This document shows positions 42,905 to 55,467 of a stretch of DNA of 64,000 bases, one piece after another. A program made the position numbers and the translations under genes. Under the pieces are notes generated by a model. It saw only the letters and a list, made by a program, of their open reading frames with translations, made no database searches and was not told where the DNA came from. Location: positions 5,827,260-5,891,259 of the forward strand of contig MU058844.1 of the NCBI GenBank assembly GCA_013265495.1, given 5' to 3'. This DNA comes from Vicugna vicugna. Lineage: Eukaryota. Every line of letters begins with the position of its first letter. Positions within the stretch are counted from its first letter, which is position 1.

Positions 42905-43190
42905 ATTGTGATGACTCACATGATTGGTGGACAGCTTTCTTGATTAATGCCGGGGAGCACAACAGGACCCCATTGTTACGTTTCCTCTACTAACCTCGCG
43001 GAGCAGGCATCTTCTGAACATTCCTGGGCTCAAAACGCATCCTGCCGTCTCCTCCAGTGCGGGGCCCCCCACTTCCGGTTTAGAAGCACGAGGCGGGGCG
43101 GAGGGAGGGACGCCAGAGGCTACTTCCAAACCCGCCTTTGGTTCAGGGGCTGATACTTTAGAAACATTATAAACAGCGTACAGGTAGGAA
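42905..43190 (+). promoter_or_regulatory. Candidate promoter/enhancer (AP-1, CCAAT, ETS, GC box)
   Basis: TGACTCA at 42912-42918, inverted CCAAT (tgattgg) at 42921-42927, ACTTCCGG at 43071-43078 and GGCGGGGCGGAG at 43092-43103, in a local CpG-rich patch within AT-rich DNA. Confidence 0.45.
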
Positions 43191-45829
43191 AAACCACCAG
43201 TGATCTATTGCTGTTGTCAAAGTTGAAGTATTAACCTGAGTTCCAATAATGACAGTGAGAACTGGATGAGAGAAATGGTGGCAGGTGAGAGACTGAGGAC
43301 TCGAGACAGGGCTCTCTGACTGTGGGAGAGCAGGAAGTAACTGTTATTATATTTTTTCAGATGATGTGACGACTAGGAGATTAGAAAGCTAGGCCTGCCA
43401 AAAATGAGACTCACAGGAGGAGCAGGCTGGAAGGGAAAATCCTATGGTCTCAGATTCCTTGTGTTTGAGTAGTCAGAGGGAAATCTACATGGAGCTAATA
43501 GTCATTATTCAAAAACTGGAACTAAATTCAGGAAGAAGTCCTAGCTGAAAATCTAAATTTTGAATTTTGCTCAAAAAGTGTAGAAAAGTTCATGTAATGC
43601 CAAAAGTTTGCAAAGAAAGAAAAGAAGAGAAGGCTGGATGGAGCATTGGGAAAGAACTATACAGAAGGGAAAGGAGATTACCAAGATGGGCTTGCATCCT
43701 CTTTGATGATGGTTTGTAAATTGAGAAGATAAAATTCAGGTAGCATCAGTATTAAATATTGAGAAAAAATAGTACCTTCTCACTGATTTACCTGTTTCAT
43801 TGTTAGTGACCACAGCTCTATGTATGTATAATTATGTGTGTATAAATGTACAGGAATATTTGCTACACTGTTTATAATTTCAAACTTGTATGTGAAGTAT
43901 ATGAATATATAATAGACATATGTCAGTATATTTATCCACATATTCATATATAATAATCTTTATGATAAGAATTATAGAGTGAAAATTGTGTCCTTCCATT
44001 TAAAAAATGAATTCTTTGGTATGGTGTCACATCAAAATAATATGAAATAGTTATGTATTTGAAGTTTGATTTTATTAGTTTCATATATATGAATGTTCAG
44101 CACCTCACCTGTGTCTGCCCTGAACAAAAACTGATAAGGTCTTACTGAACTAGATGTGACAACTTTGCATACATTTGGGGTGGGGAAGTGGGTTATTAAA
44201 TGTTCTTATTTCCATAACTGTATGCGGAATCAACAATGTTGTATTATAAACAGCAGTGGTCATGGAGCTGTTTTTGAAAACATTTGCAGTAAAGCTGCTA
44301 AACAAAACATGTTCAGTGCTTCCCATGGTACGTGCAAAAGATAAAGCATATTGTAACATATGTTGTTAACAGATGAATCTCTGGTGACATTTAGGGTATA
44401 TAAAGATGATATATCAACTTGAGAAAATAATTCACTCAAGCCATGATAATAAACATTATCACTTTCCTAAATAAAACTAATCTGTAATAATCAACCCATT
44501 ACCTTCGAGGAACAACGTTTAGTTTTTGGCCTCTTGACCTATCTTGGATTGTGAGTGTTAAAGTTTCCTAGTGTTAGGAGTTTTGACTTCTTGACTCTTC
44601 TGTAATTTCAGGTTTAGGAAGTTGTTCATAGCGTTATTTAGTTGTATTTTGTTGAGAATTGTGGCATAAAGCATTATAAAGTGGCCTTAGTTGTGTAAGA
44701 TTATGCTTTTATGGCCTATATTCACTGACATTTTTTATCAGGATTGCAACTGTGGTATCTCATGGTGCTTGCTTAAAATACTTCGCTCATTCCTTTTTCA
44801 TTAGCCTTAATGAATTACTTTGTTTCATGTATCTTTCTTTTGTACAGTTTAGAGTTTGTACAGTCATATGATTTTAAAATCATCCTTTTTTTTTCAGATT
44901 TTCTCAATACTGTGTCCTTTAAATGTGACTCCACTAATCTTTGAGAGCTTCCTTACTTTATGGAACAACAAAAGGATAGTTTAATCTCACAGTTTCTTCC
45001 CCTCAACCTGAAATCAGCTATTTGCGTTTTCTTGTCAGTAAATTTGTTTGACATTGATCTGTTTTTCCCTTTTCTCTTTTGTTTGAATATTTGTTTGTAC
45101 TTATCTGGACTCATGTGATTCTATGTTTGAGGTGAAAGAGGAGTTTGGATAGATTGTTAGCTTTTTAATTTTTGTTTGTTTTTCTATGGTGTAGACTGAT
45201 GTAGTTTTTAAATAAATGACACATATTTTGTTCTGTCTTTTGATCTTCCGTTTGCTCTGATTTGGAATCCTCGGCCAGTTCTGCTTGTCCTGGTGGTTAT
45301 TGTTTTTGCTTATATATAGATCGAACATTGTACTGTTATGTTTCTTCTGGTTATGCTGTGAGTACACACTGTAGAAGGTTTATTTGTGCTCTGATTGCTT
45401 TGAATGAATTTTGGAGGATTGGATATTAAAACTTGGGTGGCCACTATTATTCTTTAAGGACTTTTTCATTTCTTATTTTGTCAGCTCTTTAGAATCACAT
45501 CCCAAGCTCTGCTGTGCTTACTGTTTTGTTCTATTTTGTGTCAATACAGGATGCACAGCAGTATTATCGTTGAAAACGTTATTTTCACCCCTTCTTACAC
45601 CACTCAAAACATTATATATCTCTCACCTCCTCATATTATATTTGTCTGTGTGTTTATGTAGATTTAATCAAAATGTTGCTTTCTGCTAAGAAAGTTAAAT
45701 TTATATTCATTATATTATTTCTATTTCATTCAACAGGTCAGTATCACAAATTATTGTCACATATGTTGATAGTCTACTGGAAACAATATATTTAAAATAT
45801 TATATGAGTAGACAGTAAACCGTTTACCA

Positions 45830-46050
45830 GTAGTGGCCAACAGCACAGACTCTACAGTAATTCTAACATTTAGTAACTGGAATCATCCCTACTGGTGATA
45901 CCTCGGGAAAGCTTTGTTTTTCTTCATTTGTAAAATTGGTGTAATCATAGTTATTAAAGTTTGAGCATTGGTATGAAGGTTCAATGAGTTACCCATGCAG
46001 AATGTATTTCCTAGTGCTTAGAAATATGTACTAAATATTAATAGAAATTC
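45830..46050 (+). mobile_element. MIR SINE
   Basis: tttttcttcatttgtaaaattggtgtaatcatag...gtatgaaggttcaatgagtta MIR core. Confidence 0.55.
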
Positions 46051-48339
46051 TTATTATCTTTATATGTAACTAACTACATTTGAACTTAACAGTTGCAGTC
46101 TGCATCACATCATTTACATTTTCTCTTTGTCTCAAAGGAATAGAATTAGAATGGACTTCTTGACTTAGCATTTATATTCAACTTAAAACATTCAACACTC
46201 AGAGCACCCAGAGACATAACCATAAAACATTATATGTCTTTAAATCTTATTTCCTTGAAAAAAGTTCTGTGTTTATGCTTTTGTGTCCAGGAAATAAAAT
46301 GTAGTTTTATTTTCCAACAGACAGTTGATAATTTTGAAAATTAAAAGTAACTTTAAATAATATTAATCCATATGTGTGCTTTTAAAAAAATTAAAAATTT
46401 TTAAAAATATAAACAGGATTGCTGCACTGAGATAACTGTTACCTCTTACAGATTGTATCCAGTTTATTTTACAAATATAAATGCTTTGCAATACCTAAGC
46501 TGAGTATTTGCTTACAAATATATATTCTTGGCCTTCGGACAGATTTTGAGAAGTGTAATTGCTGACTCAGAGGGAATACACGTGTTTCATGCTACTGCCA
46601 AGTCTGTCCAAACTGACATTTAGAAATATTGTGCCACTCACGTATGATTAGATTCTAATCCTTGGTAGTTTCAAAATTCAGATTAAAATCTTTTTTGTTA
46701 TTTTTCTAACCCATTTTATTACTTAACGTGGATCATAAACTCCCTTGTATATCACCAAATATGCATTTAGGGCAACACTGTCAATGGCTTCAGTCTGTTC
46801 ATACCACAAACTATTCAGATATCTTCCATTGTTACTCATTTAAAATATTTTTACTTGTTCATTTTTAAACAAATTTGTGACGAAAACCCCTTCCCATGCA
46901 TTCTGAAATAATTCCTGATGACAAACTGTGAGAAAAACCCATGGGCCATGTGGAGTCTTGGTTCTAAGAGCTCTGACACTGAGGTGGCTGGATCTGGGTG
47001 GAGGTGAAGACACAGAGCACGATGGGAAGTTCAGGCACTTGTGCACAGACTACCAGGCTGTTTCCTCCAGCAGTGGCTTGACTTGAGGGCTCAGATTTGC
47101 TACATGGTTGATGGGCTCTGAAATCTCTGCTCCCAGCCAACACTCAAGCCTGCGCTCAGGCACCAGCATGGTGCTGTCCTTCCCAGAACTAGACTCTGCA
47201 GCTAAGAATCTCTCCGGAAATCACCCGTTCTACTAGATGTCCCCCTTTCTCAAATTTATCAGAATGTGCACCGTTATCCCAGTCCCTCAACCAACATGGA
47301 TCCCTGGAACATCCATCCTCAGTGCTTGTATATTCATGCTTACAGACCTGAGTCCATATTTCAGCCCTATCTGGAACCAGAACTGGAATGTGTAACATAA
47401 AGTTCCTACTAACCCAGGGTACCCCCAGGGTAGGTCCTGGCTCCCCTCAATTCTACCTCTCCCTTCCACCCAAACCCTAGTCGTGTGCATGCGCAGTGTG
47501 CCTGGGGCATCCTCTCCTGGACCTGAATCTGTCGCCTCCTAAAGTACAGATGTCCTTGAGGGCAGCACCAGAGTTCTGGGACTGGCTGCTGAATATAATC
47601 AGATAAACTAGATCCTACTCCAAAAAATCCCTCTCAGACGACTCTGAGACTTTTGCCTCAGGCATTCAGACTCACAAGAATTGCAAGAACAGATCTCAGC
47701 TGCATCCAGAATCTGCACCCAGTAAGTGACCCCTCTGGCTCGTTGGGGTCTGGCAGCCCTAAGAGATCATCATTCTCTTGAAATTAGCCACCAAGGTGGA
47801 GGATCCATAGCTCTAATTTTGCTTCTTAAGCCTGCTGGGCATCCTTATGCCCGTTACTGCTGCAGTGAACACAAAGGGGTGCCTTATCCTATGCCAAATC
47901 CAGAGAAAAATCTTTTACAAATAGAAAAAGATTGTTTTATCTATAGAATCAAGATCAGATTATAGTACAGTATAGAATACAGAACCAGACAACAGCATTT
48001 CACTTGTAATGTTTTGGTTCAAAAGTGCTATGTAAGAATTTTCTTATTGAAAGAGGTTATAAGTGATGAGTCTGTAAATACATTTTTGACCCAAAAGTGC
48101 AAATTATAAAGTGACTTTATTCTAGAATTGTCATCACAAATCAAAAAAAGAGAAAAAGATAAAGAAAATATGATTCCCCATGTGGTGTGGTATAAAACAT
48201 TAATGTTTACCATTAACTAGTTCTTCTTTATTTCTGGGTACATAGGAGATTATACTTCCCCACACCCTTGAAATTAGAAGTGGTAATGTGACCAGTAGTT
48301 ATGCCAGTGCACTGGGGGTAGAAGACCATCAGCTCTCCA

Positions 48340-48742
48340 TATGGAAGAAATAAAATAAAATCATTCCACTACATAATATAAGACACAAAGATAAATTGCA
48401 GGTGTATTAAAAAAATCTGTCTATGAAAAACAAACAGAAACCCCAGAAGAAAATAAAGGAGACTTCCCATATGACATTTAAGATAGGGAAGGATTTTTAA
48501 GACATTATACAAAAAATCCACATCCATGAAATAAATTTGACATTAAAAAAAAACCACTGTACTGCAGATATCATACAAAAAGAGAGAGAGAGAGAGAAAG
48601 AAAGAGAAAGAAAGAAAGAGAAACAAAGAGAAACAAAGAGAGAAAGAAAGAGAAAGAAAGAAAGAGAAACAAAGAGAAACAAAGAGAGAAAGAAAGAGAA
48701 AGAAAGAAAGAGAAACAAAGAGAAACAAAGAGAGAAAGAAAG

Positions 48743-48781
<39 letters not shown>

Positions 48782-48950
48782 GAAAGAGAAAGAGAGAAAA
48801 CAAAGAAAAAAATACAAGAAGTACTTGGGGAAGATATTTAGACATTTTCAACATAAGCAAAGATAAGTATATATGTGCATCTCTACACATGTATTTGATA
48901 AATCTCTCACAAATCAACAAGAAAAAATGGCCAAAAGGAACGGGCATTAA
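48340..48950 (+). mobile_element. Old L1M ORF2 fragment hosting the purine repeat
   Basis: ccagaagaaaataaaggagacttcccatatgac...gatagggaaggatttttaagac...cttggggaagatattt...ctcacaaatcaacaagaaaaaatggccaaaagga are L1 ORF2 remnants on both sides of the repeat. Confidence 0.6.
48577..48812. repeat. Compound GA/GAAA purine tract with 46-bp higher-order repeat
   Basis: Rare C residues at 48624/48634, 48670/48680 and 48716/48726 define a 46-bp period; units 48625-48670 and 48671-48716 are identical. Confidence 0.92.
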
Positions 48951-50025
48951 TTCTTAGAACATTTTTTTCTCCCAATTCCTGATACTCTTTCATACAATTT
49001 ATAAGGATTCACAAATGCTTTCTTGCATTAATTCATTGAAGGGACTTTGTTAGCCAGCTCTGTCCTAGACATTGTTGTAAGGGTTTGGGGTGCAGTTTTT
49101 TTTTCCTAAAGTTCTTTATGCCCAAAATACTTCACCGTAAAGCTGAACTCAGGAAGACCCAGTACTTAACTCAAAGTGGCATAATTTCCAGATTATAGTT
49201 GACTTTAGACAAAATATGATTCAACTAGTCTTTTGACCATTCCAGGTGTGTTAGTATATATATAAATGATCAGTAATCTAAATGAATTTGTCGTTGAAGG
49301 ACATCACAAAATGTAGTAGAGTGAAGAGGAAAATGATTAGGCCTCCACTACTCTCGCTGACTCTGGTGTTGCCTTTTTGCAGTCTGAAATCATTATAAAC
49401 AGCCAGACCTGTAGGTAGTAGATCAAGCAAGGCAATGTCAATATGCCACTTCAGGATTTACTCTGATTTAACAAGAATTACTGGAAAAATAAACAAAGCG
49501 ATTGTAACTCTAATATACATGTGGACTCATCCCCAAAACTTTGACTTCCTTTGTGCTTCTCTGTCTTTCACCCGAATTCCCTCCCCAATATTCTTTTCAG
49601 TGCACCTAAGATCCCTAACTCCCAAGATCAATATTAGGCCCATAACTTCTAGTTTTTTCCATTTTCATTACATTATGACATGAGAAGGTAGATGTGACCT
49701 TTATGTTTGCTTTTCTCTTTTATTTTTATTCTTTTTCATCAAAGGACTTACTATTTTCTTACATTACTGTTACCAACGTTGATTTGTTCAGAAATAACTG
49801 TGGTTTTATTTTATTTACTCAACATCAGTATAAGCCACTGCATTATCCTCATGTTGATGTATTAATTATCTGTGCCAACTTTATTGTGAAATAGGAAATA
49901 ATTTTGGTTAAAACAATTGAAGGGTGAGATTTTATAAAGGTCTGGCTTTCGATATATATGATGAAGACATATTTGCATATAAAATTAATTGTTAGTAGTT
50001 CTGTGCCTCTTTTCCACAGGAGAGA

Positions 50026-50172
50026 ATGTTTAAATTTCACCAAGTGAAACATATTTTTGAAATACTAGATAAAATGCGATGCCTGCGAAAACGTTCTACA
50101 GTCTCTTTCTTGGGAATTCTTGTCATTTTACTTCTGTTTATGAACTTGTACATTGAAGATAGCTATGTTCTG
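50026..50172 (+). CDS. MGAT4C: MGAT4C coding exon 1 (exon starts 50020; cytoplasmic tail, type II transmembrane anchor, start of stem)
   Basis: Acceptor ctcttttccacag|G at 50019/50020 and ATG at 50026. Translates [49 protein letters not shown] (49 codons), matching the recalled mammalian MGAT4C N-terminus. Donor CTG|gtaagt at 50172/50173, phase 0. Confidence 0.96.
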
Positions 50173-50503
50173 GTAAGTCTTGGAGGTTGATTTTTTATTG
50201 TTCAAAATAAGTCTTAGGTCAAACCAGTCAGTCTATTAGTAGCCTAACTTCAATCCCATGCTATTGAAATAACTTTAGTTTGAGCAAAATTATAACATGC
50301 ATATTTTCTATCTGGCTACTTCTTCTATTAACTATATATTACCAACATTACAAATGTTTTGGTTTACGTTGCAGTGTTTTCTTTGATGCTACATATACAT
50401 ACAGTGGTTCGAATATGTACATCTAATTACAAATAGGCTAATCACCCCATCTGAATTAATATTATGTAAAATCATTGAAACTTTTTAGCTTTAATTTGAA
50501 GTA

Positions 50504-50723
50504 CATTTCGTCCTTGAACAATGTAGGGGTTAGGGGCACTGACCCTCCACGCAGTCAAAATTCTGGGTATTAACTTTCCAGTCAGCTCTCCATATTCATG
50601 CTTCTGCATCAGCAGATTCGGCCAACCTGTGGTTGTATAGTACTGTATTATGTATTTATTGAAAAAAATCCATTTATAAGTGAAACTGCACAGTTCAGGC
50701 CTGTGTTGCTCAAGTGTCAACTG
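50504..50723. mobile_element. Tigger2/MER8-type MITE
   Basis: Decayed TIRs catttcgtccttgaacaa and ttgctcaagtgtcaactg with TA on the left. Internal ggttaggggcactgaccctccacgcagtcaaaa and aaaaaatccatttataagtgaaactgcacagttca. Confidence 0.8.
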
Positions 50724-53700
50724 CAGATGTAATACATAAAATTTCCTTAAAGGTATTACTCCTTATTTTCTCTACTTTTCTATACTATTAAAATTTTCAA
50801 AATCCCATTGTCTAATTAATGATACTAATTGTGCTATTTTGTTAAGAACTTATAGTGTATTACAATGTGAGACATCTCATTTGGATTTTGAAGAACCCTA
50901 AGTGACCACCATGTTAATATTCACTGAAAAGTAATATAGAACCTCAGGAACTAAAAGTATTAATGTGAAAACTATTCAGTAGGTTAAAAAAGATAAAATT
51001 AGTAGATAATTCATGAATGAATTTTTAAGTAAATTATGAGAGTATGCAAAAGGATATATCCTGATTATTTCTATTATTTATTGTTGTTATAATTATGACA
51101 TAATTTCATGTCTGATGAGAATAATACGGACATTATTGCTTATTTACTTTTTCTATCTGGATTGTGCTTAAGATATGTGGGATAATTCCAATCATTATGC
51201 AATTATTCTTGTTCACATATTTCAGAAAATCAAAGCCTTTGGACAGATAGAAAACTGGAAAATAATTTTCATCGTGCAATCATGCTGAAAATTTTGATTA
51301 TTATCTTAGCTAAAGAGAATCTGACAATAGTCATAAAGACCATTTCCCAATAAAGTATTTTATTAATTGAATATGACTTATTAACTACCTACTATTTATT
51401 TGCTAGGTAGGATATACATCTTGTGAACCAACCACATGATCTTAGTTGGTACAGATCCTCTTAGGTGGTCTTCTGTAAGGCATCTTGCTTCCTTTAGCAT
51501 TGCCCTTTGATGGTAAAATTTTGCCAGAGTCCTAGATCTTGACTCTGCCAAGGCCTTTTACTTTCAACTACAGGTCTTAATCTTTTGGACTCTTCATTCT
51601 ACCATCCACAGCCAATTCACAATGGGTGAAGTCAGCACAGTTAGTAGAATTTGACTAGGCATGACTTAGGTAAACATAGGAAACTGGAAAAACTTACTAA
51701 CGATATGCATTTTGGATTTTTTTTAACCTGATTATTAGGCTTATGAAACTTAATGACAATAGTGCAAGGCCCAGCTAATCTAGCTATTTTTTCTTTATAG
51801 AACTAAAGATCATAAACTAACTAGAGAAGTTCTTGATTAACGATCTAACTTTGTAATAAAAAATTTATTTCTTGCATCTGTGTGTACTGGTGGAAGTGAA
51901 TCGCATGCATGTTGTAAATCAAAAAACGGTATTGGCAGGATGCTTTTATGAGACACTTTCAAGTGCAATTTCAGTATTTCACGTTACACAGACAAAAGAT
52001 TATTGTAAGCAACAAACATCCTTATATATTTTTGAAATAGAACCTCTTTAAATTCACTACTAAATGTATAAAAAGTAAGAGTATACATGCATAAGAAGAT
52101 CAAATATTATTGCTCTGTTTACACATTTCTGTCTAAACGTTGGTCCTAGCTACCTAATTAAAAAGGTGTGATTTAATGAAATAGCTCTTACTATAGAATA
52201 TTTTCTCAATGAAAATTTTCAGGCTATAGTGGCCATATGTCTCATCAGATTTGCAAATCGTCCCAGGTACAGAAAACAGATTGCTTCTTCACTTTAAAAA
52301 TTGATATTATTTTAAAATACTTACATTACATTAGAAAAAATGAATTAAAATTGTTGTTAAATACAAGCACCCCTTATGAAAATTCAGTAACAGTATTTTT
52401 ATTAGTTTAATTTTTCACTAATCACTAGATGATGTTTTCTATCTAAATTGCATTTTGAGCTAAATTTTATCCCAAGGCTTAATATGTATTTGAAATATTC
52501 TTTAAATCATCCATGTAAAATTACATTAAAATTGTTCTTCTGAAAGTGTTTAATATCCATGGAAAACCGGCCTTCTACAAGGATACAATGTGGTTTCTTT
52601 CTAATACTTCTCCTTTTTGACCCTTTTATCTGTATTTATTTCATTTCTCAAAAATTATCTGACTTGACTTTCTTTCTTGACTCCAAAATGCCACAATGCA
52701 TGCAATTTTCTAAGCAGAGATATTAGCAAGTTTTTCTTTTTCTGTCTATTTTATTTCAGGGAGAAATAGTAGTTATAATTCAGAGAAATCAAAGAAACAA
52801 CTACAATAGTAAGATCTCTGGAATTATTCATCACATGTATTCTACTCTTTTGGCTAGAAAATCCATCAGTGGCCCAAAATATTGGGCAAATAACAGTTTA
52901 GTGTATTGCTCACATATTAGGGGCATATGTGCCTTTCAATGGGAAAGAAAGGCAAGTTCAGTGTAACAGATAAATAGCATTACAAGGCAAACTAAGTAGA
53001 AGAGACCCTGCATGCCCAATCGACTTAGCCTCTCGGCTGTGAGCATCTTCAAAGTAGCCACTGGGGTATGTCTTTTGTCTGTAACTAGTCCATTGAATTG
53101 CATTCCCATCCAGAAAATGATTGTCATAAAGCTTTGTCTTATTACTGAGAAATACACTACAGCCAAGTAGCTATAGAAAGAAGGTGTCCAGGGAGCGCCT
53201 GATTGTTCAGGTAGATGCCTCTGGAAAGCAGCCAACAAGGCTGACTAAGGTGAAAGCTGCATTATTTATTTATGCTGAAAAGTGTAAAGAAGCTTGTTCT
53301 TGAGATTTTAATAAAGTGCTTCCATATAAGTTTCATTTCCTTTTATATTCTGTTATGTCCTTCAATCAGGATGAATATACTCTATCTTTTCAAAGAAAAA
53401 GTCTGGATTCGTACATGTTCAAGATAGAATTCTTAAAGAAATAATCAATATCCTGCACTTCCTTTAGAATGTGATATCACATAAGAACAGAATGGTAAAA
53501 TAAATCCAGTATTGTGACTACTGTGATTTTTATAGCTATTTCTTCTAGACTCTATGGACTATGGACCATTACATTACTATTAAAGTAGTTGATGTTAAAC
53601 TGAATCTCCCATTACCTTTTGGAAATCCTACATGTGTTTATTTGAAAATTTGGTGATGTTTTATAGGTTTATAAAACCTATAAGATAGGTTTTCAGAGAC

Positions 53701-54173
53701 ACAAAGATGAAAATATTTATGTGTAAAGAATTTAAAATAATCGGAATTCAATGGATAGTCAATTAGTCCATTTATAAGAAAATTAGTGTCCGGGGTTTAA
53801 TTTCATAAATTGTTAAACTCTACAACTTACAGAAGGCAAAAAAAATAATTTGAATTTTAACATGAAGGCAGTGGGAGTTTTCATATAGATTTTTTTTTAA
53901 TCAAAAGAATGCCATTTTTAATGTATGCTATAGAAAAGCGATTGTAAGTATGGTATAAAAAGTAGAATATAGTGGAGAGACTGAAGCAGAGGCTCTAGGT
54001 AGGAATTCAGGTAAAAGATCATGATCTACAGCTTGTGGTGCTAGTAACTGAGATTTATATAATACCCATATTACATTACCAGATCCATATGTTTACTGTG
54101 TAAAGAGAAAGTCTATCTAATCCACGACCAACTATTATTTATTTGTTTTCTCTGCCTCCTTCTTGGCATTCAG

Positions 54174-54321
54174 GAAGGAGACAAGCAACTTATAAGGGAA
54201 TCATCCACACATCAACCGAATCCAGAACGCTATGTACATACTTTCAAAGATTTATCTAATTTCTCAGGAGCCATCAATGTCACCTATCGCTACTTAGCTG
54301 GCATGCCTTTACAAAGAAAGC
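54174..54321 (+). CDS. MGAT4C: MGAT4C coding exon 2 (stem region)
   Basis: Acceptor ttcttggcattcag|GAA at 54173/54174. 148 nt reading [49 protein letters not shown] plus 1 nt. Donor C|gtaagt at 54321/54322, phase 1, compatible with the next exon. Confidence 0.96.
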
Positions 54322-54506
54322 GTAAGTATCAGTACACTTTTCAAAGCAAGAACAATCAAATCTTTTGTTTTAAAATAGCGATAACTCGCTTCATTTGTAT
54401 TGCAATCACAGTTTATGGGCTTGACTGATATAATGTGTCCTTTTAGAAATGTTTCAGTATTTCTTCACAAATTGCAATGACTCCCCAGTCCAGTTCTACT
54501 CATGTC

Positions 54507-54806
54507 CGGGGAAGGATCCTTCCTTGCCTCTTCCAGTTTTTGGTCACTGTCAGCATTCCTTGGTTTGAGGCAACAAAACTGCAGTTACTGCCACTGCCTT
54601 CACATGGCCTTCCCTGTGTCTCTCCATCTGTTCCTGCTCTTATAAGGACACTGGTTATTGATTTTAGGGCCCAATCTAAATTCGATATGATTTCATCTTG
54701 AGATCCTTAACTAATTACATCTTCAAAGACTATTTCCAAATAAGACCACAGTCTGAAGTTCTAGGTAGACATGAAATTTTGGAGGAAACTATTCAGTGCT
54801 CTATAG
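54507..54806 (-). mobile_element. MLT1C/D-type LTR fragment
   Basis: ggatccttccttgcctcttccag...ttcacatggccttcc...cttataaggacactggttattgattttagggccc...gatttcatcttgagatccttaactaattacatc...ctatttccaaataag. Confidence 0.8.
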
Positions 54807-55090
54807 GCACTTCCCTGTTAAGAAGTGTTTATGCAAGTGAGTTTGTAATCACCAGCTTGAGGAAATTGTAACGATTCAGCTTTCTTTAGACCTTTCTTTC
54901 TTCCATTTCAAATGTCTCCTGCTCTTAAACTTTTTTCTAGCTGCAAAGACTGCTACTGTTTTTTTATCTCCATCTGTTACACCACCTTTGTTCAAACATT
55001 ACTAATTCCTTTCCATGCTAAGTTTACAAATGTGTATTAGCAATATACCAACTGCTTTATGTTAAAGAGGCAATATAAAACAGAGGGTAA

Positions 55091-55467
55091 GATCTCCAGG
55101 TCCATCCGTGTTACTGCAAATGGCATTATTTTATTCTTCTTCTTTTTTTTTTAATCTCTGAGTAGTAGTACATTGTCTAAATAAAATAATGCCATTTGCA
55201 ACAACATGGATGGACCTGGAGATCGTCATTCTAAGTGAAGAAGTCAGAAAGAGAAAGAAAAATACCAGATGATATTAGTCATACATGGAATCTAAAAAAA
55301 AAAAAAAGGGAAAAAGAGGACACTAATGAACTCATCTACAAAACAGAAACAGACTCACAGACATAGTAAGGAATCTTATGGTTACTTGGGGAAAGGGGGT
55401 GGGAAGGGATAAATTTGGGAGTTTGAGATTTGCAAATGATAACCACTGTATATAAAGATAGATAAGA
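55091..55467. mobile_element. Relatively young L1 fragment with inverted 5' segment, inserted in a MIR
   Basis: Antisense L1 at 55091 to about 55176, then sense L1 at 55180-55467 (aataatgccatttgcaacaacatggatggacctggagatcgtcattctaagtgaag...aatgaactcatctacaaaacagaaacagactcacagacatag...gggataaatttgggagtttgagatt). MIR halves at about 55067-55092 and 55463-55570. Confidence 0.85.

Noticed and set aside
48600..48760. CRISPR-like periodic repeat
   Set aside because: Units are contiguous low-complexity purines with no unique spacers, in mammalian DNA with no cas genes.
48497..48947. Three overlapping ORFs over 100 aa (KE/R-rich and FLS-rich)
   Set aside because: Artefacts of the stop-free GA-rich repeat.
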